A stretch of 64,000 bases of DNA from Convolutriloba macropyga (taxonomy: Eukaryota): positions 1,798,001-1,862,000 of the forward strand of contig NC_134469.1 in assembly GCF_964194025.1 (NCBI RefSeq). Direction: 5' to 3'. Both the position numbers and the translations under genes were made by a program. Positions 33,924 to 47,466 of this stretch are shown here, in pieces (the first letter of the stretch is position 1; each line of letters opens with the position of its first letter). The notes under the pieces are model-generated. The model saw only the letters and a list, made by a program, of their open reading frames with translations, did no database searches and had not been told where the DNA came from.

Positions 33924-34277
33924 TTACACTGCATATGGACGCTCGATTTGCACTTTCTTCTTTATTTCCAATAGCGCTTGTTGCTCGGCTTTTTCGTTGT
34001 CAGACAAGTCGCTATCACATGCCCGTTGATGCTGTTGTTCGTGTTGCTGTTGTTGTTGATCGTTTGGTGGCTGTTGTTGCTCGCTTGATTGCTGGGATTG
34101 ATCATCTGATTTCGCTGCGAGGTTCTTCTTTCTATTGTTAGACTTGCCGCTTTTTGTTCGCCTCTTTGCCTTCGTTTTGGAGTTTCGAATATGCTCTGCC
34201 CGTGGCGTTTTGCCAGCCACTGGAGGTAGTTTTATCGGGGCCTTTCCATGTCGCGCTTGAACAATTTTGCCGTCCAT
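33924..34277 (-). CDS. LTR-encoded 117-aa basic / poly-Q / acidic protein, function unknown
   Basis: ATG ORF with K/R cluster (KTKAKRRTKSGKSNNRKK), Q-rich tract and acidic helix; identical translation in both LTRs; AATAAA about 55 nt downstream on the minus strand. Confidence 0.55.
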   Translation of the reverse strand: MDGKIVQARHGKAPIKLPPVAGKTPRAEHIRNSKTKAKRRTKSGKSNNRKKNLAAKSDDQSQQSSEQQQPPNDQQQQQHEQQHQRACDSDLSDNEKAEQQALLEIKKKVQIERPYAV

Positions 34278-34911
34278 ACTGCGAGTAAGTTATATTTTAA
34301 CGCCTGGCGAACAAGGGTAATAAGGGGCAAGGCCAAAAATAGCAATTAGCTATGTTCAGTTTTTAATGACCAAAAAAAGGGCACCAAATTGATTTCCTTT
34401 GATTGGAGTTTCAGCAGGCTAAGTTTTAAAGTGAATGACCCCGAGGTTTTCCAACTCGAATAAACTTGGTCTTATTTGCCTTGCTCTAAATTGCGCCACA
34501 ATTTTGTATGCCTCTTATCAGGTGTTATTTGCCGTGCAAAACTCCACTTTTGGTATTGTTGGTCATTTGTGTGCTAATTTGGTCTTATCTTTGTTAGAAC
34601 AAGGTATTTGAGTCCTAAGTGTTTGTTTCATTAGCCCTAATGTTAAGACGCATATTTGTATTTGAGACCTGTCAAAATTAGGGCCTATTTATTTTACCCG
34701 CAAAAGTTCGGTGTGAAAGATAAAGTTGCGACTAACAAAGGTGTCAATAAACTACGCAGAAACTAAATTCTACAATAATGTTAACTTTGCAAAAAGATTG
34801 TGACCAAGCGGTAGAGTTCGTTCCAGTCGAGTTCTGCTTAATTTAGCAATGTGAGTTATTTTCCTGACCATTTCTCGGTGATTGTTCAATTCAATTCAAA
34901 AATGCGAACAG

Positions 34912-35109
34912 CCCGGGTCGAGGTTTGGTCAAAAATTAATGTAAGATTAGCATTGAATGCATTGAATTTTGTAAGATTTGCGGCTTTAGCGCTTAAAAGT
35001 TTTTTCACCGCATTCAACGCATTGACCACAAATCTTACACTTTTTATTCAAATTCACCGCACATCTTACATCTTTTTAGCAATTTTTAGAGGTGACACCT
35101 CGACCCGGG
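34912..35109. mobile_element. MITE with CCCGGGTCGAGGT TIRs and 2-bp TSD (AG)
   Basis: 13-bp perfect TIR, AG on both flanks, internal inverted aatgtaagatt-like repeats. Confidence 0.75.
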
Positions 35110-35400
35110 AGTATACCGTGTAAGAGATATATGTGGAAAAAATGACTCTACAGGGCAAATATGTACTGATAATAATTTTTTTTTAAAAAATAGACATGTT
35201 TGTTTACATTTGTAAAATTAATGCATTATTTTACAAATTTTGCAAATTTGACATCAAGTCAGTTGACGTCAATTAAACTAGGGAGGTGCCAATAATGAGG
35301 AAGGCTGGTGCCACTCAGATGAGAAATACGCTAACACCAGTACCCACTGGAATGGAACTTGTTATAATTGTCATTATGACAATTAAGGAAATGATCACAC

Positions 35401-35657
35401 CTGTTCTATGCAGTTGTAGCCCTCATCACACAGGAAATCCATTTCGTTCACACACTCTTTATTCCTGTTACAATTTGCCTCATCGTATCCATTCCTGCAA
35501 TGGTTCCTCCCATCGCACCACCACCACTCTGGCACCCAACTCAACAACTCCCCACACCTCTGGTTCAGACCCCCGAAGGACACCGTCAAGTTGCGTCTCT
35601 CCTCTTCCCAAATTATCGCTTTCTCTGCTAGGAATACTGGGTCTTCATCTTCGCCGC
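35401..35657 (-). CDS. Channel exon with LDLa repeats (upstream of the retroelement-containing intron)
   Basis: WWCDGRNHCRNGYDEANC and FLCDEGYNCIEQ, which joins GWLCDG of exon 14002-14262 to complete an LDLa module. Acceptor ctttcag, donor gtgtga. Confidence 0.85.
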
Positions 35658-35998
35658 CTGAAAGTTAGGATCATTGTGGACTTTGTTCCCTTTGGCCCCG
35701 CGAGAACAAAGTTTTTCAGTTCTAAATCCTGATTGGGTGAACAATCTCATGGGTGTTTCTGCTTTAAATATCACATGAAAAACCTAAATAAAAGTAATGT
35801 ATTGGTTATAAAGTATTAGGGTATACCACATTTGCTTTTGATTACAGGTGATGTTTTCAACTATTTCGAGAAATAAATGGTCAAACTTTTCTCAATTAAA
35901 AAAAATTATTTCAGAGCAGAAATTGGGGTTCACAGTACGACCATAGTAGATATCATAGAAAAACTTTTAATGTTTTACATATTCTCATCAAATTTCCA

Positions 35999-36608
35999 CC
36001 CGGGGCGAGACGAGATGGTTATCTTGAAAATTATGCAAGATTCTTGTATAAGATGTTAATCTTATAAGATCCCGCAAACTTCTTGCTAAAGACGTTTCTT
36101 GCAAGATGAATGGTTTTCTTGTAAGATTCTTACAAGTTCGGTTCGGTTTAGCTGCATTCTCATTGGTTAGTTTGTGTGAACTATTCTTCATTAATTGTAT
36201 TAAAAACATTGGTTTGCGTATTTGAGTGATTTTATGCATTTACAATGTGGACGAACACAGTGAAACAATTATATGCATTCTTTTTTATCAGTACTGGGCT
36301 TCAATTTAATTGTCACAAAATTTATGCACATTTTTGAGTTTCAAGTTTCACACCACCAAGAACCAAAAATGCACTGCGTTTTAAATGTCAATTGTTTCAA
36401 AAAACATTTTATGCCTTGCAAGAATTGTGAGAATTATAATCTTGTAAGAGCCTTGTAAGATAAATGCCTATCATGTTAGAATCTTGTAAGAGGAATGCTT
36501 ATTTTGTAAGAGTCTATCAGAAAATCTTGTGAGACGATGCATCCTCTTGTAAGATTCTGAGAGAATCTTACAAGAACTTACAAGATTACCATCCCCATTT
36601 TACTCAGG
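35999..36608. mobile_element. Degenerate CCC-terminal MITE with TCTTGYAAGA subterminal repeats
   Basis: Starts cccggggcgagacgagatggttatcttg; many tcttgtaaga / tcttacaaga motifs at both ends; related to 37489-37668. Confidence 0.55.
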
Positions 36609-37488
36609 CACTCATTGTCATGACCGCTCAGTAAAGCATTTTAACAAACTAAAACCAAGAGTAACAAAATTTAAAAAAGTTATTAGCTTGAAAAAAAAAT
36701 ATTTTTGTCTGCATATCTATGCGATATATGATTCTCAAAATTAATTTATTGTTGTTTTGGCAAAGTGTTGCAAAAGTTGAATATTACATTGCTGAAAATT
36801 ATCCTTAGTATTCTAGTTTTGATGGAAAAATTTTATGTATAACTTGTGGTAAGCATCAGAAATAATGATATCTATATAAGTTTATTTTTTGTTGACAAAG
36901 CTTGTCTGTGCACACAAAATAATGTTTCAAAAGTTTCATTACTTAGATGAATAAGGTTTAGCCAAATTAGAGTACAGCGATTTTTTTCCAAGTAAGCATT
37001 TTAAAAAACTCCTTTGGAATGTGTTCTAGATACCTGAAAGGCAAAATGAGAAAAACTTGGGATCAATACCGTTCAATAGGTCTGTATCAGACATATTCTA
37101 TCCTCTTGTTAAGAAAAAAGAGAGGAATTCATTCATTCGGACTCATTAGAATCAAAGATTTTCTCAAAGATTTGCCGAAATTTTCAATCTAGTTTTTGAT
37201 TTCTCCGAAATTATTTCAAATAATCGAAGTCTTATAAAATCCATTTCTATGATAAGTTCAGAAAAGAATCAGCAAATTCATTAGGGCAGAGGCATACCGA
37301 TGTTAAAAAAATTCTAGCTTGTGCTTATCTCTGGTAGTTGTCACGTAATGTAATAAAGTTTTATTGATGTACCTAATTTTGTTCAATAATTCACCAAGAT
37401 TTGTTTATTTTTCAGACTCTGATAACAAACTGAAACATTTTTTGAGTCAAAATTGTTAATAGCTAAAACTCTAAATGTCAAAACTGTA

Positions 37489-37668
37489 CCCTGGGCGAGA
37501 CTGGATGTTTATCTTGTAATATCTTGTAAAACGAATGGTTATCTTATAAGATCTTGTAAGGCGAATGACCATCTTGTAAGATTCTTGTAAGACGAATGTT
37601 TATCTTGTAAGATTGTGTCAGAAAATCTTGTAAGATCTTACAAGATAACAATTGGGAGTTGTCCCGGG
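37489..37668. mobile_element. CCC...GGG MITE with 2-bp TSD (TA) and TCTTGTAAGA repeats
   Basis: ta|ccctgggcgagact...agttgtcccggg|ta. Confidence 0.65.
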
Positions 37669-40600
37669 TATTTAAAACAAAACTCTTAAGCACCAGCTTT
37701 TATGATAAAATTTGATATTTTACCGATCTGTCTCGACACATATTTTACTTTTATTTTTCCAGGCATTTTGCTAGTTATTTTTATATTGCTAACTTATGAA
37801 TTTCACAGACAATTGCTACGTTAATCCCTGTCAAGCTTTTGTTCCAGGAAATCCAAAACAACTTTACCGAAGCCTCCTGGTTTATTAAAGAAACCCCTGA
37901 AAAATGTCAATTACTAATTGCCGGATTTTTTCTCAATTTTCCGCCTATCAAAACTCTTCATATTTTCTTTGACCCCCAACTTAGTGGTGAGATAACCAAC
38001 AACCCCCCCCCCCTATCATGGCAAACATACCATAATGGGGGACTATAATTTCACGGGGGGCTATAATGGGAAAGACCCGAATAATGAAAGATAATCTTGT
38101 GCTAAATATGACATCACATGTCAAACTGACATCAGAATTTTTGTCAAAATTTTGTTTCATTTGATATTTGTGGTACTTTTTAAAATTTCTCCAGGTGTAC
38201 GTCGCTTTTGGTACAATAAAGTATATCAACTGAAGCTTATTGTCAGTTATGACATTATTTTCAGGAACCTTTTGCAGCATTTTCATGTACTAACGGCTAT
38301 TTTAGCCACTACATAGCGATCAAAAATTACCCGCTTGAAAAGTTTCTTCCTTTTGCCCAAAAGTCCAGACGGAACATTATGCAAATGACGGGTGACATTT
38401 TGTTAACTAAACGGATACAAATCCCTTCAAATCCTCTCAAATCCAACCAAATGTCAATTGAAACTTAATCGACACATGAAATCCTCAATTATTTTACAAT
38501 CCACTTATCTAAATACTGCGGGCCTTTTCCATTGTTTACCTTGTGTAATGTGATCAAAATATCACAAATTGCCAAAATGATTCCCCAATTCTCAGAATAA
38601 ACATGTAACACCAGTCCCATTTTGTCTTCACGGGAGAAAAAGTGCATGTAGCATAATTGTGTCTTTAGGGCGAATGAAAGAACTTTAAATAATTGTGTCA
38701 CGGAAAGAGGAAAAACTAAACCCAGCCCACAAAAATTTCACAGCAGTTTTTCTTATATCGATGGATCATATTCGGGTTTTCTTTACAAAAACCATCAGAT
38801 AAAATTCTTCATTACTGTTAAGATACAGATACAAATAAAATTGAAACTTGTATTCCGGGAAATTATAAAAATTCCCAAAAAATGAGAAATGCACTTTGTT
38901 GAATTTTTTGAGCAAGTTTCTAAGATTCAAAGTTTCAAAGTTTGAGCATTTTAGATAGCCTGGATATGGAGCATAAATTAAAACCACTCTAATCCTGTCA
39001 ATTTGTGAACCAGATTATGAAGTTCGAATTTTCAAACTGAGCAAAACAAATAAAAACAATAATCAATAAAGACTTCTGTTTGGCTCAATTATTTAATAGT
39101 TATTAATGCGTTAGTTTTAATAAGTTGCTGTATAAATTTCTGAACATTTCCAAAATTTTTGTTCCAAACATTTTTTCGACTAATTGAAGTTTCGACCCAG
39201 TGAAGCATTTTTGTGCTTAGGGTGAAAGGGTGAAAGCAATTAGAGTACAATTTACAGAATAGAGTACGTGTTTCAGAAACAACACCATTTGCGACTTGTG
39301 TCAAAACAAGCTGGGTTGTTGTGCCCTGTTGCGGAGATAAGTTTGGGTTCTAGCCAGAGAGAGACCTGCTGGTTTAAAATGTAAACAAATGAGAACAACT
39401 CGTTTCCAACCAGTTTCGTCCGTCCAGAGATTCCACGAAATTCTGGCAAAAAATTGAAGCTAGGAAAAATTATGGTTTCCATTTATTCAGTTGACATAAT
39501 AATTCAAGAGCATTCCATTTTTGAACTAACTTTTTTACAAAAACGAAGCTCGAGAAAGTTTTTAGCAAAGAATTGAAAACATTTGAACGCTGTGTTAATC
39601 AAAGGTCACAGTTGTTACTCGTTGAGATAAGAATATAGTTTGAAGTGGTTCTACAAAATACTCAATGAAAACAATCTAAAATGTTGGTGATGAATGTGGG
39701 TGAAAAAAATTTTGAATTTTTGACAATAGTACAGGTATGTGATCTGATCACACTAAAATTGATACTGCCGAAAGAGGCCCGGGAAAATTATTTCAAAATT
39801 TTCCATCATTCTAACTTCATTTTTTTTATTCTGTTTCATCGCAGACCTTTATTATCCACGTAATCCATTTTTCCAGTATTTTAAAAGATAAAATGTCTTT
39901 CTAACCTCATCGCCTAAATCATATTAGGCCTTGATTTGCCATTATACAGCATAAAATGATGAAAAAAAGAAAAGACGATTTGATCTTCATAAAGCGATGG
40001 ACATAAATGGAAGGTTTTTTGGAGAACAAACGTTACGTCGCCAAACGTACAATTTGGTCTAGTAAATATATGCGATTTTGTAAGCATTATACGAGCCCAT
40101 GTTCTAAGATTAGGCTTATGAGCGTGTGTAGACAACACTGACAGTAGGAAAAACTAGTTCAAATTCGATCACAAGTGGATATATCCGTCACAATTATCAT
40201 ATATCAATAAAAGTGAAGATTGTTAAAAGCGTGAAAGTGCTTCGTCGGACGAAGCAGCTGCGCAATAGGTAAGAGACATCAAAAGAAAAACCACAAATCT
40301 AAGAAAACCGGCATGAGAACATCTGAAGTCACAAAAAATGGCGGAGTTTGACGCAAAACATGCACAATTATAGACCTAGACAATTGCGAAAAACATTGAT
40401 TAATCAACGATACGTTAAGGTAGTTTTTTTAAAAAACACGGTTAGGTATCATTGTTGATTATTGCGGAGAATAATTGAAATAAAACAACCACCACGGAAA
40501 TAAGACCCAAGTTGACTGTTCAAGAGCTGGCGCGTTTGGTCATGCCTATGTGGTTGGTGGGACCTGTTATGCAACTATCACAACCGAACAAATTTTCATT

Positions 40601-41285
40601 CCCGCAATTTAACTTTAAAATTCTTTCCGTGGGTTTTTTCTTTCGGGTTTCTTTTCCAATCTGAATTTGTTCTTTTTGTGAGGGCTCATTTCCCAGAGAG
40701 CAATTTTCTGCGTTTCACTGAAACAAAATATTTTTCGAACCCGAATAACTCACTGAATTATGTTCAAAACTAATAAATTTGGAACAATCAGGAAGTTTCC
40801 TCGGGATAACATTTTTGAAGCAGTGCAAAGAAACTAGCAAAACAGTGCATATTTCTGCTGAGCTGGCTGAAAATGGCCCAAATAGTGCAACTTTAGCCAA
40901 ATATAATTCAACGTGATAATATTTCGAAAACGAAACTAAATCAAAGACCCTATAACTAAGGTAGCTATAACTACCCTATAACTAAAAAATCAACTTATAT
41001 AAATAAACAGTCAAAATTTAATTAAAACTCAAAACTTATAAACTCATAACTATATAACTCATAACACAGAAAAATAGATTTTTTTCTACAATACGTCAGT
41101 ACTGTTGGTATTTCCAAATATGAGAACTGGTATCCAAACATTTATATTCTGCAAAATTTAAGAGTTTTTTGCATAATTAGTTTAATGCAAACAGAAACTT
41201 CAAGACAGCCAAAGTGTCCCGGTGATTCATTTTTCTGAATCAGAAACTAGTTTAAACACATTTTTATGCGAAGAAGCTTGGTATA

Positions 41286-41479
41286 CTTCTTTGACCCTGC
41301 TAAAAACATCCTATTTCAATACTTTTAAATATATAAAACAAGTTTTTGCTCCGATTCTTTGAATTTAGCTATCTATAGCAGACACAAAAACGAACAAAAT
41401 TCAAAGAATCGAAGCAAAAAACTTGTTTTATATATTTAAAAAAGATTAAAATTGGATGTTTTTTGCAGGGTCAAAGAAG
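41286..41479. repeat. Foldback element with ~80-bp inverted arms
   Basis: cttctttgaccctgc...gattctttgaattt mirrored by aaattcaaagaatc...gcagggtcaaagaag. Confidence 0.8.
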
Positions 41480-44400
41480 CATAGCACAGTGGCAGTAGAG
41501 AACTGAGCACTGATTTATTATCAAAAATTTGTGATCAATTCTGGTCAATTAAATTTTCAACCTTCGTTCTCTTTGTGGCCGTGCGCAGTGCGCATTACAA
41601 GATAAGCAGTACTAGAAAACAAAAGATAGGATACAATTTTTGCCCGGAAAAATCATGCTGCAGTGATTTTAATTTGTTCAAAAAATTATCTGCGGATCAC
41701 ATCTTGGATATTTTTCTAAAATTTCTTGTTCTATATATTGCTTAACATTTCGCGGCTGGTAAAAATATGTGTGAACGCATATTGCCCATAAGTTGGGCAA
41801 CTAAAGCAAAAAAAATGGGAAGAGACGAGAGAAACATAAAATTGAAGATTTAAGAAGGACATTTTATTCTATATAAAACTCCCAAAAAATTGTTCACAAT
41901 TAATATGCTAATTTTGCGTAAAAATGTCTTATTTATTTAAGAAAAAACAAATCCATTCTCTTTGACAGATGAACATCGCAAAACCTTATTTTGAGATCTT
42001 AAAATATTACTTGACATTAAACAACTTGTTTTTCACCGCTTCAAAAATTGGTTCAAAGCACTAAAACTGTACAAATTATATTATTAAAGTCTAGGTAATA
42101 AATAACATATTTAATTGTCTGTAATACATGCAAACTTTAAACCAACTATTTCGTGTTAACACACCCGGAAGTTATAACCAGCGGTTTATAACTAAAATTT
42201 ATACCCAATTTGTAGCCTGATCGATAGTTTTTGTTGTTAACTTGCTCTTTAAAACCAGAAGACTAACCAGCGCTTCAAAGACATTTCGCCAGTTGATATA
42301 AAAATAACAATATTTTTGAAGTTCGATTGTCGTAAATCAAAAAGCAGTTCTTGTGCCTCTAATGGGACATGTATTAAAGCAAAGACACCCTAAGCAAAGA
42401 GAGGACAACAAACAAGTCCGTTTGAACAAGAGTTGTTTATTTGGTAAACAATCGAGTTATCTGTTCACTTTCACGTGTTACACGTCACTAAAACTAAATC
42501 TTCACTCACAAAACTTTCAAAGCCATCACAACCAAAATAGGCTGTTTTGTCGTTATTAGACACACTAGAAAACGGGCCAATTGCCCCAGTTGAAATTTTG
42601 CCAAAAATTTTCAGGAAATGATCGTTTTTGATGATATTTTTAGGGAAACAAGGTCAAAACTCTTATGTTTTTTTTGACAAGCTCGAACGTTTTCGATCGT
42701 TTCATCGACATAGGAATGTTGGTTTTTGTTTAAAATGAGAGCTTAAAACCTAATTGAATTATCATAGCAACATGTCACTATGATTAGTCCTAAAATTGTT
42801 AACTTAAGTTAGTGTCTTTTATTTTGATATAGTCTATCGTCTGTTTCAGACTTGATGGTCTCGTCTCGGTTTAGCTGTGACTGGGTGACCGCTAATTTCT
42901 AAAAAATTTTAACGCCATCTTCACAAATTAGACCTAAAAGTTGTCTCTCGGCTGGAAATGTTGTTCAATTGTTACAATAATGCTTGTATAACGATTTGTG
43001 ATGTTATTTGTGTATTTATATATAGCAGTAAACAATTTATTTATTATTAAATTTTTGATTTTAAATAAACCCAGAATGGTAACCAGTCCGGTGACACATG
43101 AGTGTTTCTGTATTGTTGCATTTGGACAAAACATTTCCTTGAGAGAGATATGAGATATGAGTATTTTTTTCTTTTTTCAGACGCAAAATATTAATTACGA
43201 AACGTTTGCAGATCATTTTCTAAGGCAAATACTTTATATATTTTTACGATGTTGTTGGAAAGTTTTAAAGAGCTTGCTCTAAACTGTTTTTTGTTTCGCA
43301 AGGCTTCCCTTGTCTTAGATTTTTGACTCAAAATTTCAACTTCCATATCAAGAATTTATAAAATAGCTGAATACTTCGAGCTCGTGATTTTTTCAGCTCA
43401 GTATCATGAATCTTACACGTAGATTGATGTTTGGGTCTTTCCCATCATAGCCTTACCTATGAAAATTAAGCCCCTACCCCTACAAAATTTCATGTTGGGG
43501 GTGGGGACTACACTAAACTGAGCTTTAATTGGAACAACCTAAGGCATTATATGCGAAAACTAAAGTTTAATGTATTCTTATAAAAAAGGAAACAAAAAAA
43601 TTATTTTTAGCAATGAGAAAATTGTCAACTAAAAAAAACCTATTTCGAAAACTTGATTCAATTTTTAAGAGAACTTACAACATACTACACTACTGCCAAA
43701 CAACTACAATGCTACCATAACATTTCAGACCCAGAAATACAAAGTTTCATACCCGGAAATACAATGCCAGTCTCTACCCCGCAACTCTAAAATGAACAAA
43801 GTAAAAATTTAAGTTTTTATTTTGAAAATTTTAAAGACCTTTTAACATTTCCAGGTTTAACTCAACATGATGAAAAAAAAAATAGAAACTTCAAAAATCA
43901 TAATTTTAAATCAGCAGTACGTCTTCTACAAACTTGTTATTCAACAAAATTCGGAAAGATTTTTGTTAGACAATAAAAAAATTCGTGCACTTCTGAGAGC
44001 TGAAGCATTTGTGAAGAAGTGCCCAGTTTTTAATTAGCATACTAAAAAGCAATAATTAAAAATATTTAACTCATTCAATGGTTTCAATGGTTAACTGGAA
44101 ACCTTAAGTAACTCTCCAACGATGTGAAAACTTGAAACCAGTGTAATTCCGCATTTCATTTGACTTTAAATTGTAAAACAACGCCAATTGAGTTCAGCTT
44201 CTTAAAACAGTGAATGAGAGCAGCTTAGAACTCACAATCTTTTTTTGTAAAAAAAACTTTGACCTAATAATTCTTTTTGATTGGAAATGGTCATTGGAAA
44301 ATTATCGTTGGAAAAAGTCAGAAACGGTCAGGGGAATATTTTGCAGAAGCAAGACGAACGCGACAATTATTTTTGCTTCGATTTTCGTCCGCAAGCAATT

Positions 44401-44523
44401 CAAATCATTTTCCTTCTTTTTGCAATACACTACAAGATTTTAGTTCGATATTGCAAATTTGGATCTATTCTGTTTCGCCAGAATTTGGATCTATTCTGTT
44501 TTGATCAGAGCCAGCCACTATTA

Positions 44524-44650
44524 AGGTCTTTCCCATCATAGCTCCCAGCTTGGTGTTCATATAACCTACACCCCCATAATGAAGGTGTATTATACATAAT
44601 AGAGGGTTCCTAATTTCGCGGAAAAAGGGGTGCTATAATGGAAAACACCC
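44524..44650. mobile_element. MITE with GGGTCTTTCCCATTAT-type TIRs
   Basis: aggtctttcccatcatagc...gctataatggaaaacaccc; the same end motif recurs near 16180, 38065 and 43433. Confidence 0.55.
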
Positions 44651-47345
44651 AACCATTATTTACAGAAGGAGTAAGAAAACTGTTGCAAAAGCAAGACTTA
44701 ACCCATTTTAACTTGGGTTTATATTGCTTGCGATATAAATCATTACAATTTACAATGTCTGTAAACATTGATTCACGCTTTGTTCAACAAAAACCCTACT
44801 CTTAAGCTAAATGTTTGAAGTTTGGGCTTCTTTAATCTAATCAGCATGGCTGAATGTGTTGTTTGATCGCAGAATACAACAAACAGTCTAACTAGGTAAT
44901 GGATAACAATCAGGGATCAAATTCATTTCCGGATTGTCAAATTAAATTCGAATTAGCATGTTAGAACTGCTTGGATTTAATCTACGAATGGGTAGCTTCA
45001 AAGTTACCCTGCAGGGTTCTCTGCCGACGTATACATGTAAACAGTATCTTGATCTGGTTAAAAATGTGAATGTATTTGCTTGGTTTGGGAATTTCAGAGG
45101 TTAAGAATTACTTAATGTTAAGCCTACAACAGCATTTCTCATTATTACCCAACGAAAAGAAATATTAAAGCAATTTTTTGGATGAAATTTTATGTACAAA
45201 AATGTCGCCACAGAATGCAAAAAGGGTACGTACGTCATGACTCGAAATCATTTTTTATTAAGATGTAACACTTGTTTAGGATTTGTCATGTTTAAAAATT
45301 TTAAAATTTTGAAAAGAAAACAAATTTATACTAGGTTTTTCGATATTTTTTTACAAAAGAAATCATCAGGCATCAATTATTTGTTTTACTCTAAGTAACA
45401 AAAAACTTTTTTCTAACTTGAGTGCTTTTTAATTTACCCTTTTAGTTGGCTTGTAAGTTTGTAAGTTACAGTCACTTTCTTTGAAAATAGGTTTGTTTCG
45501 GTCCGCTACAAAAACTGGGATGAACTGGAAGAATGGATCCCAGGATGATGGGTGCGTTAACTGTCAGATAATTAAAAACGAACAAGGGAGTTGGTTTTTG
45601 TTAAACAAACTAACATAATTAAAGACTCTTCAAAACTGGTCATTTATTCTGAAAATTGTCTCGTAATAGTTAATATTATAGGACAGACGGTATATTAATG
45701 AACATCTTTGTTCGTATGACAGCTATATTAGGTCGTGCAAAAAAGACGTGAAACGGAAACTCATTAGACTATTGCTTTGGACACTCGTTATTAAGTTTCA
45801 CAAAGGTTACGCGACTCTGCTTAAAACCACTGTCAACCTCTGTTGTTTATAACGTAGTGCTTCAAAATGATCAGCCAGAGTTGCGAAGTGCATTCTAAAG
45901 AGTTACAAAACCTTGCTAAAAAACACGCATTTTTTTAACTGGTCATTTATACTGACAACACACACGTCTTAAAATGACAAAAATTTGCGGAAGTTAACGT
46001 CTGGCTACCCAGACTGAACGTCATGTTTTAATCAGTACTGGTTCAGTGGAATTGCAACTTTTGAATCAGTACTAGATCAATGCTCTGATCATGTCACTTT
46101 TCAACTTTTCAGACTTGGCATGTCTTAAGTCTTGACCAGTTTTGAATCAAGTCTCGGCCAAGAACTGACAAGTTTTGAGCAAGTGTTTTCCAAGACCTGA
46201 CAAGTCCTGCGAACAGTTTTCAGTGTCGTTTTCTCTATCGTTCTGTCATGAAAGAAAAACACCGCCATTCACAAGGACTTGCCTTCAAAACTCTCAAAAA
46301 AATAAGCATGAGAAAAGGCGAGCAGTTCTACAAAGTTCACATGAAAGAGAATTAAAAAATTTCTGATTTTGCCCAAATGTACCAATCATGGCCAAACCTT
46401 TCTACCTATTTAATACAAAATTGGTTTCGGGGTAAATATCTGGAGCATTTTAAGTCGGTAAACGCTCAGCAAAAACAGCTAGGTCAGATTAACAAATGTC
46501 TGTTACGAAAATTGACCAATTGTATCTAATTTTGAAATGCTTTAAATGTAATTAATTTGTTCACAAAATTAATTATCATGACTTGTCAAATCTTGGTCAA
46601 GACTCAAAGCCTGCTAAATTGTGGCCAACATTTGACTTAGGACTTGTCAAGTCGTTGCCAAGACTTGACTTAGACTTTTAATGTCTTGACCAAGTATTGG
46701 CAAGCCTTTACAAGTCTTAAGATTTTAAATAAGACGTGATCAGCATTGATTTGTCAATTAAAGACGTATTTTTCACTGGAGAAGTAGTGATCAACACCAG
46801 AAATTCGTTCCGGGTATGTATAAAAGTTTTTTGGCATTTTGACCTTTGGCACTGCCGTCTTTTGGCATTTTAAATCGTGCACGTGCGCGTTTTAGTAGCT
46901 CGAAGCGTCGAAAAGCAGTAGTCTATTATACACATGTAATGTGAGTGATAATGCATCAGACTAACCAGACGGAAACGGCCTCTGATCAGACCAAAATCAG
47001 ACCATTGTCCAGACTCAAGTGAGCTCAAACCGATTTCCAGACCCTGAAACTTGGGTCTGGAAACACACCGTGTGCGTTCGGCTTGGGTCTGATTAGAGGT
47101 CACTTCTGTCTGGGACCTCAATCTGGGTAACCCTATACGGCGTACTTAGCGTAGGGAGAAAACATAGACTACTGAAAGGTCAAACTTGGCCAAAAACTCT
47201 TTACAAAAAATAACTGCTTCTTATTGACAATATATCACCAATATGAGTTGAACCATCAGTGTAAATATAGAACTGAATATTGTCATTTTTACACTTGTAA
47301 TGTGGTTTGACGATGATGATGAAGATGTTTGTTTATGTTGTTTAC

Positions 47346-47466
47346 CTGGGCAGTCGTTGATGGTGTCTCCGAGGTAGTAGCTCCATATGCACCTCGTGCT
47401 ACTCTCACATTGGAATGCATAGTGAAGGTAATTTGTGAAGTTCTCACAGCTGTTGTGCTCACACAC
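47346..47466 (-). CDS. Channel exon with a divergent LDLa repeat
   Basis: FQCESSTRCIWSYYLGDTINDCPG, continued by GEDED in the next exon. Acceptor tttacag, donor gtaaac (phase 1). Confidence 0.82.

Larger units (their letters stand above)
17655..34774 (-). mobile_element. Env-bearing Ty3/gypsy LTR retroelement (errantivirus-like) with giant coding LTRs and accessory ORFs
   Basis: Order on the minus strand: LTR, PBS, gag, pol (PR-RT-RH-IN), env, small ORFs, PPT, LTR. Direct repeats of ~3.2 kb at both ends. Confidence 0.95.
31427..34774 (-). repeat. 5' LTR, 3348 bp, complete
   Basis: Termini TGTAGAATTT...AAATTCTACA form a 10-bp inverted repeat with TG...CA ends. The PBS lies 1 nt inside. Confidence 0.93.
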
